This document shows positions 60,246 to 64,000 of a DNA stretch of 64,000 nt, piece by piece. Positions within the stretch are counted from its first letter, which is position 1; each line of letters begins with the position of its first letter. The position numbers and the translations under genes were made by a program. The notes under the pieces are model-generated. The model made no database searches. It was not told the DNA's origin and saw only the letters and a list, made by a program, of their open reading frames with translations. Source of the stretch: Hyphomicrobiales bacterium (GTDB taxonomy: Bacteria; Pseudomonadota; Alphaproteobacteria; Rhizobiales; MH13); assembly GCA_040219355.1 (NCBI GenBank), contig JAVJSN010000015.1, forward strand, positions 382,708 to 446,707. The letters run 5' to 3'.

Positions 60246-61570
60246 CAGGCGGCGTCCTCGGCCAACTCATCGAGCACTGAGCGCAGCAAAACACAGTAGT
60301 CGGCACCGCTTGTGCAGATCATGTTCAATGCCGCGACATCTTCTTCGACCAGATCTAATGCACCGAGTTGCTTGGCCGCCTGCGCGTCGCCGACGCTTAG
60401 TGCGCGCATCATCGGCACTGCCAGCACATCGGCGGGGAGGGCGCGATCCATCACGATGTTTGGGATGAGTGACGCGGTGGAGTTGGAACCGAAGAAAGGC
60501 AGGCGCGATGTCCAAGATGGGCGTAGCCCGCGCTTTCGATTTGAAAGGACGCTCACTTGGCTGTGATAGCGGCCAAGATAGCTGAGCTCGCGACCGGTAA
60601 CCGCCGACCCCGACAAGGTGCGGGTGCTGCCATGGTTGGCGGCTTGTGGTTTTAATTCACCTTCGATGAGGCCGCGCAGGCTTGCGCCGAGTTTTGTCGT
60701 CAGAAGACGTGGATTTGTTAGCTGTTCACCGCTTAGCGCAATCACCCTTGTGGCATCGTACCGCCCGGTTAAAAACAAGGTTCCGATGGCTATCACGTCC
60801 TGATACCCGATGCTCCACACGGGCAGATCTGGTGAAGCGGGTGAAAGTCGATGGATGTGCGTCGACGCCAAGCCCGCTTGATAACTACCACCAAAACGGG
60901 CTGTTCTGATTTTCAGGGTGTCAGGCGCTTGGAAGCTGCTCGCCTTATGTTGGCAGACAAAAACCTGCCCATCCGTGAGCTTGGCCAACACTTCAAGGCC
61001 GTGGCGAAAAGCATCCGCATTGTCGGCGATCACAGGGTCGGGATTGGCAGCACCTGGAGATAGATCAATGGCTGACACGAAGATGGCGACTGGGTTCTGG
61101 GCAGATGGCGGTATCAGTCCGAAGGGGCGTGATCGGAAAGATGGCCAAAGCCCGCGCGACAAAAGGACGTTGCGAACGTGCTGACGCGATGGCGCATTGA
61201 TGGCAACCGGTTCAGCGGAGGATTGGCTTTTCTCGTCCTTCCCGTCTTGATGACTGGCTTGGGCGCGGACCACGATTGCCGACAAGGTTCGTCGTGGTCC
61301 GTAGTCGATGGAAAACACACGTCCGCTGATGGGTGAGGCGAAGCAAATCGCGTCATCCTTGCGATCAACAAAAAGAGTTTGCCCTTCGTCCACCTGCTCG
61401 CCGACATCGACCAGAAAGCGTGGGCGCATGCCCGGATAATCCGTCCCAAGTAGAGCAGCCGCAGCGACGGACACGGATTGATCAATCACTTGCGATGGCG
61501 CACCAGGCGCGGAAAACCGAAGACCGTTTCGCAAAGAGACGGGCTTCAACGGTTTGCGTTCAAACGACAT
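60245..61570 (-). CDS. nqrA: Na+-NQR subunit A (divergent)
   Basis: DYPGMRP, GQTLFVDRK, FASPISG, GPRR, GLWPSFRSRPF, YQDVIAIG, YLGRYH.Q, LVEEDVA. Confidence 0.9.
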   Translation of the reverse strand: MSFERKPLKPVSLRNGLRFSAPGAPSQVIDQSVSVAAAALLGTDYPGMRPRFLVDVGEQVDEGQTLFVDRKDDAICFASPISGRVFSIDYGPRRTLSAIVVRAQASHQDGKDEKSQSSAEPVAINAPSRQHVRNVLLSRGLWPSFRSRPFGLIPPSAQNPVAIFVSAIDLSPGAANPDPVIADNADAFRHGLEVLAKLTDGQVFVCQHKASSFQAPDTLKIRTARFGGSYQAGLASTHIHRLSPASPDLPVWSIGYQDVIAIGTLFLTGRYDATRVIALSGEQLTNPRLLTTKLGASLRGLIEGELKPQAANHGSTRTLSGSAVTGRELSYLGRYHSQVSVLSNRKRGLRPSWTSRLPFFGSNSTASLIPNIVMDRALPADVLAVPMMRALSVGDAQAAKQLGALDLVEEDVAALNMICTSGADYCVLLRSVLDELAEDAA

Positions 61571-61636
61571 CTAGAGAAGAGGAAGAAAGGTTGATTGGGG
61601 CACAACTAACCTTCCTGCATCACGCTTTGGGGTTCA

Positions 61637-61650
61637 TTGACCGGCGTCAA
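61637..61650. promoter_or_regulatory. FNR/FixK-type box TTGAC-N4-GTCAA between the divergent nqrA and cytochrome c genes
   Basis: TTGACCGGCGTCAA is a perfect 14-bp palindrome, one base per half-site away from TTGAT-N4-ATCAA. An Fnr gene lies in the same block. Confidence 0.72.
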
Positions 61651-61725
61651 TGCCTTGGTGGAACGACAAGCTATGACCAAGGGAGCCAGATGGCCTTTCG
61701 CTCCAACCGGACAGGATCGACTTCC

Positions 61726-62847
61726 ATGTGCTTGCCAAAGCTGCGTCTGCCCAAAATCTTCGTTGTTTCCGTTTTGACGGCCTTGATCGGGCTGCCGATC
61801 AGCCACGCTGCGGCGCAAGACGATGCGGGAGAGACCGCGATTCTTCAGCTACAAGGTATTGTCGAGGCCTGGCTGTCTTCACCGCATGCTGACATTACCA
61901 GCCAAGCCTTTCATCACTGGGATGAAGATGGCGAAATTCCCGCTACATGCGCGACCTGCCACACGAGTTTCGGTTTCATTGAATATGTGCGTGGCGCCAT
62001 GGACCAGGCAGGCATTGCGCCGCAAGCCATGCCAACAGGTGGCGTCGTTGATTGCGCAGCTTGCCACAGTGAGGCATCCACCGCGCTTGTGAGCGTTCCT
62101 TTTCCATCGGGTGTGAGTGTTGATACGTTCGGCAGCTCTGCCACCTGCGCCGTTTGTCACCAGGGGCGTGCGGCGGGTTCAACCGTCGCTGCTGCAAGTG
62201 AAGGCATGGATGAGGACACCGTGTCGGAAGACCTCGGTTTTATCAATGTGCACTACGCGCCATCGGCTGCAACGCTGATGGGATCGGTCACGTCCGGCGG
62301 ATTTGAGTATGAAGGCCGTGAGTATCGCGGTCAGTTTACGCACGTGCCTGATTTTGCGACCTGCACCAGTTGTCACCAGCCGCATAGCTTGGAACCAGTT
62401 GCAATGGAGACCTGCGCGACTTGTCACCAAGAGGCCGAAACGTTTGAAGACATTCGCACCACCCGTATCGATGTGGATGGCGATGGTGATATGTCTGAAG
62501 GCATTGCCGACCCGATCCACACCCTGCACGAGCGTCTCTATGCGGCCATTCAAGCCTACGGCACGGATGTTGCGGGCACGGCGATCATCTATGCCGATCA
62601 GTTTCCTTATTTCTTCACCGATACCGATGGCGATGGCGCTGTTAGCGAAGGCGAAGCGGCTTTCCCCAACCGGTATGCGTCGTGGACGCCGCGCCTGTTG
62701 AAGGCAGCCTACAATTACCAGTTCATCGCCAAAGATCATGGGGCGTTCGCACACAATCCGCACTATGCACTCCAGCTCCTTTATGACAGCCTGGAGGATC
62801 TTAGCGGACAGGTTGACGTGGACATGGCTGCGATGGCGCGCCCGTAA
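61726..62847 (+). CDS. Periplasmic pentaheme cytochrome c (alternative start at 61690)
   Basis: Sec signal (..HAAA/QD), five CxxCH motifs (CATCH, CAACH, CAVCH, CTSCH, CATCH), two DxDGDG loops, C-terminal GAFAHNPHY. Confidence 0.92.
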   Translation: MCLPKLRLPKIFVVSVLTALIGLPISHAAAQDDAGETAILQLQGIVEAWLSSPHADITSQAFHHWDEDGEIPATCATCHTSFGFIEYVRGAMDQAGIAPQAMPTGGVVDCAACHSEASTALVSVPFPSGVSVDTFGSSATCAVCHQGRAAGSTVAAASEGMDEDTVSEDLGFINVHYAPSAATLMGSVTSGGFEYEGREYRGQFTHVPDFATCTSCHQPHSLEPVAMETCATCHQEAETFEDIRTTRIDVDGDGDMSEGIADPIHTLHERLYAAIQAYGTDVAGTAIIYADQFPYFFTDTDGDGAVSEGEAAFPNRYASWTPRLLKAAYNYQFIAKDHGAFAHNPHYALQLLYDSLEDLSGQVDVDMAAMARP

Positions 62848-62888
62848 GTTTGGCCTTTCAGTCGATATCAAGCCACGTGGGCGTCTGA

Positions 62889-64000
62889 ATGGAAGACGCC
62901 CACTCTCATGCCCTTGTGCTGGTCGCCATTGGTGTCCTGTTTCTAGGCGGGTTGGCACTTGATGCTTTTGGCCGGATTGTCCATGTTCCGCGTGTAACGC
63001 TGCTCATGCTTCTTGGTGCTTTGCTGGGACCGCCCGTTTTGGACGTGCTTCCAAACGCGATCGCTGGCGGCAATCCGATCTACACTGATCTTGCGCTGAC
63101 AATGGTTGCCTTTCTGCTCGGCAGCTCGCTAAGCCGCCAGACCTTGGCGGCCCACGGTCGCGAAATTCTTGTCGTTTCGATCATCGTCGTGTTGGTTTCC
63201 ATCACGCTGGTGGCAGGTGGGCTCTACCTTCTGGGCGTGCCGCTGCCCATCGCGCTGTTGCTGGGTGGGATATCGGCGGCCACCGCACCTGCTGCGACGC
63301 ACGATGTCATCCGGCAATCTGGCAAGACGGGTAAGTTCGTTACCAACTTGACCGGCATCGTGGCCATTGACGATGCATGGGGGCTGCTTGCTTTTAGCGT
63401 GCTTTTAACACTGGCTGCGCTTCTGGTTGGTAATGGCGCTGATGGTGGCGCCTTGTTCCAGGCTTTTTATGAAGCTTTTGGTGGCATTGCCTTGGGATTG
63501 GCGATTGGTCTGCCCGCCGCTTTCCTCACAGGTCGTTTGAAGCCAGGCGAACCTTCGCTTGTTGAGGCGATTGGCGTGGTGATGCTGTGCACCGGTCTTT
63601 CGCTTTATTTTGAAGTCTCGTTCCTTTTGACGGGCATGGTGTGCGGTGCGGTGATTGTGAACTTTGCCCGCCACCATGAACGGCCGTTTCACGAAATCGA
63701 ACGCATCGAATGGCCTTTTCTTTTGCTGTTTTTTGTCATGGCCGGTGCGTCGCTGCACGTGGAAGCGTTGATGGCGCTTGGCGTTGCTGGTGTGGGCTAT
63801 TGTGTGCTGCGATTTGGTGCGCGCCTTGTCGGTGGATGGCTTGGTGGGCGTGCATCGGGGCTGTCGTCGCAAGAAGGCGTTTTAACAGGTATGGCACTGA
63901 TGCCCCAGGCCGGGGTGGCCATCGGCATGGCGTTGGTTGCCAGCGATCACTTTCCGCAATACCGCGAAACGTTGGTGACGATCACGATTGCCAGCACGAT
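62889..64000 (+). CDS. Cation:proton antiporter (CPA, Na_H_Exchanger family), 3' end outside the window; absent from the ORF track
   Basis: Hand-translated as MEDAHSHALVLVAIGVLFLGGLALD...SAATAPAAT...IVAIDDAWG...PQAGVAIGMAL. The frame is open to the window end. Confidence 0.88.
   Translation, partial: MEDAHSHALVLVAIGVLFLGGLALDAFGRIVHVPRVTLLMLLGALLGPPVLDVLPNAIAGGNPIYTDLALTMVAFLLGSSLSRQTLAAHGREILVVSIIVVLVSITLVAGGLYLLGVPLPIALLLGGISAATAPAATHDVIRQSGKTGKFVTNLTGIVAIDDAWGLLAFSVLLTLAALLVGNGADGGALFQAFYEAFGGIALGLAIGLPAAFLTGRLKPGEPSLVEAIGVVMLCTGLSLYFEVSFLLTGMVCGAVIVNFARHHERPFHEIERIEWPFLLLFFVMAGASLHVEALMALGVAGVGYCVLRFGARLVGGWLGGRASGLSSQEGVLTGMALMPQAGVAIGMALVASDHFPQYRETLVTITIAST

Noticed and set aside
56104-61570. 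Rnf complex
   Set aside because: NqrA- and NqrF-type subunits, the A-F gene order and nqrM are present, and there are no RnfB/RnfC ferredoxin motifs.
61333-61689. N-terminal extension of the 504-aa ORF
   Set aside because: It overlaps nqrA on the opposite strand and the promoter. The signal peptide begins at 61726 (or 61690).
61726-62847. Calling the pentaheme protein NrfA
   Set aside because: All five motifs are CxxCH, with no CxxCK active-site heme, and no nrfH or nrfBCD genes are present.

Overview
A gene-dense chromosomal window of about 58-60% GC. It is most likely from a marine or saline alphaproteobacterium, inferred from the Rhizobium-type glp transporter, Ruegeria-type CuyA/HpsN, FnrL-type regulator and Asp/Glu-rich periplasmic proteins. 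I saw no rRNA, tRNA, CRISPR array or mobile element. There are six functional blocks. (1) 1-9 kb: M24 peptidase, XRE-cupin regulator, GST, putA/putR and a polar amino-acid ABC transporter. (2) 9-19.4 kb: a LysR-controlled aromatic operon (maleylacetate reductase, Liv-type ABC, TfdB-like flavin monooxygenase, hydroxyquinol-type intradiol dioxygenase, BKACE/DUF849). (3) 19.4-28.2 kb: glpR-glpD-glpSTPQUV glycerol locus without glpK. (4) 29.6-40 kb: an organosulfonate operon (LysR, cuyA, DegT-type PLP enzyme, Asp/Glu racemase, ProU-type ABC, HpsN-like dehydrogenase, YeiH exporter, RidA), which fits best as a cysteinolate/cysteate pathway. (5) 40-51.2 kb: an orphan GntR sugar regulon tied together by two TTTGTATACAAA operators (MBL lactonase, HAD, two class II aldolase-family enzymes, FGGY kinase, sugar ABC, UPF0261). 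(6) 51.3-64 kb: an FNR-associated island. It holds Fnr, ppsA, a CBS protein and nqrABCDEF-apbE-nqrM, whose NqrB lacks the covalent-FMN loop, plus a divergent pentaheme cytochrome c that shares a perfect FNR-type box, and a cation:proton antiporter. Block 6 is the strongest candidate for an undescribed system, followed by blocks 4 and 5. All family assignments come from motif recognition and recalled reference sequences; no database search was run.
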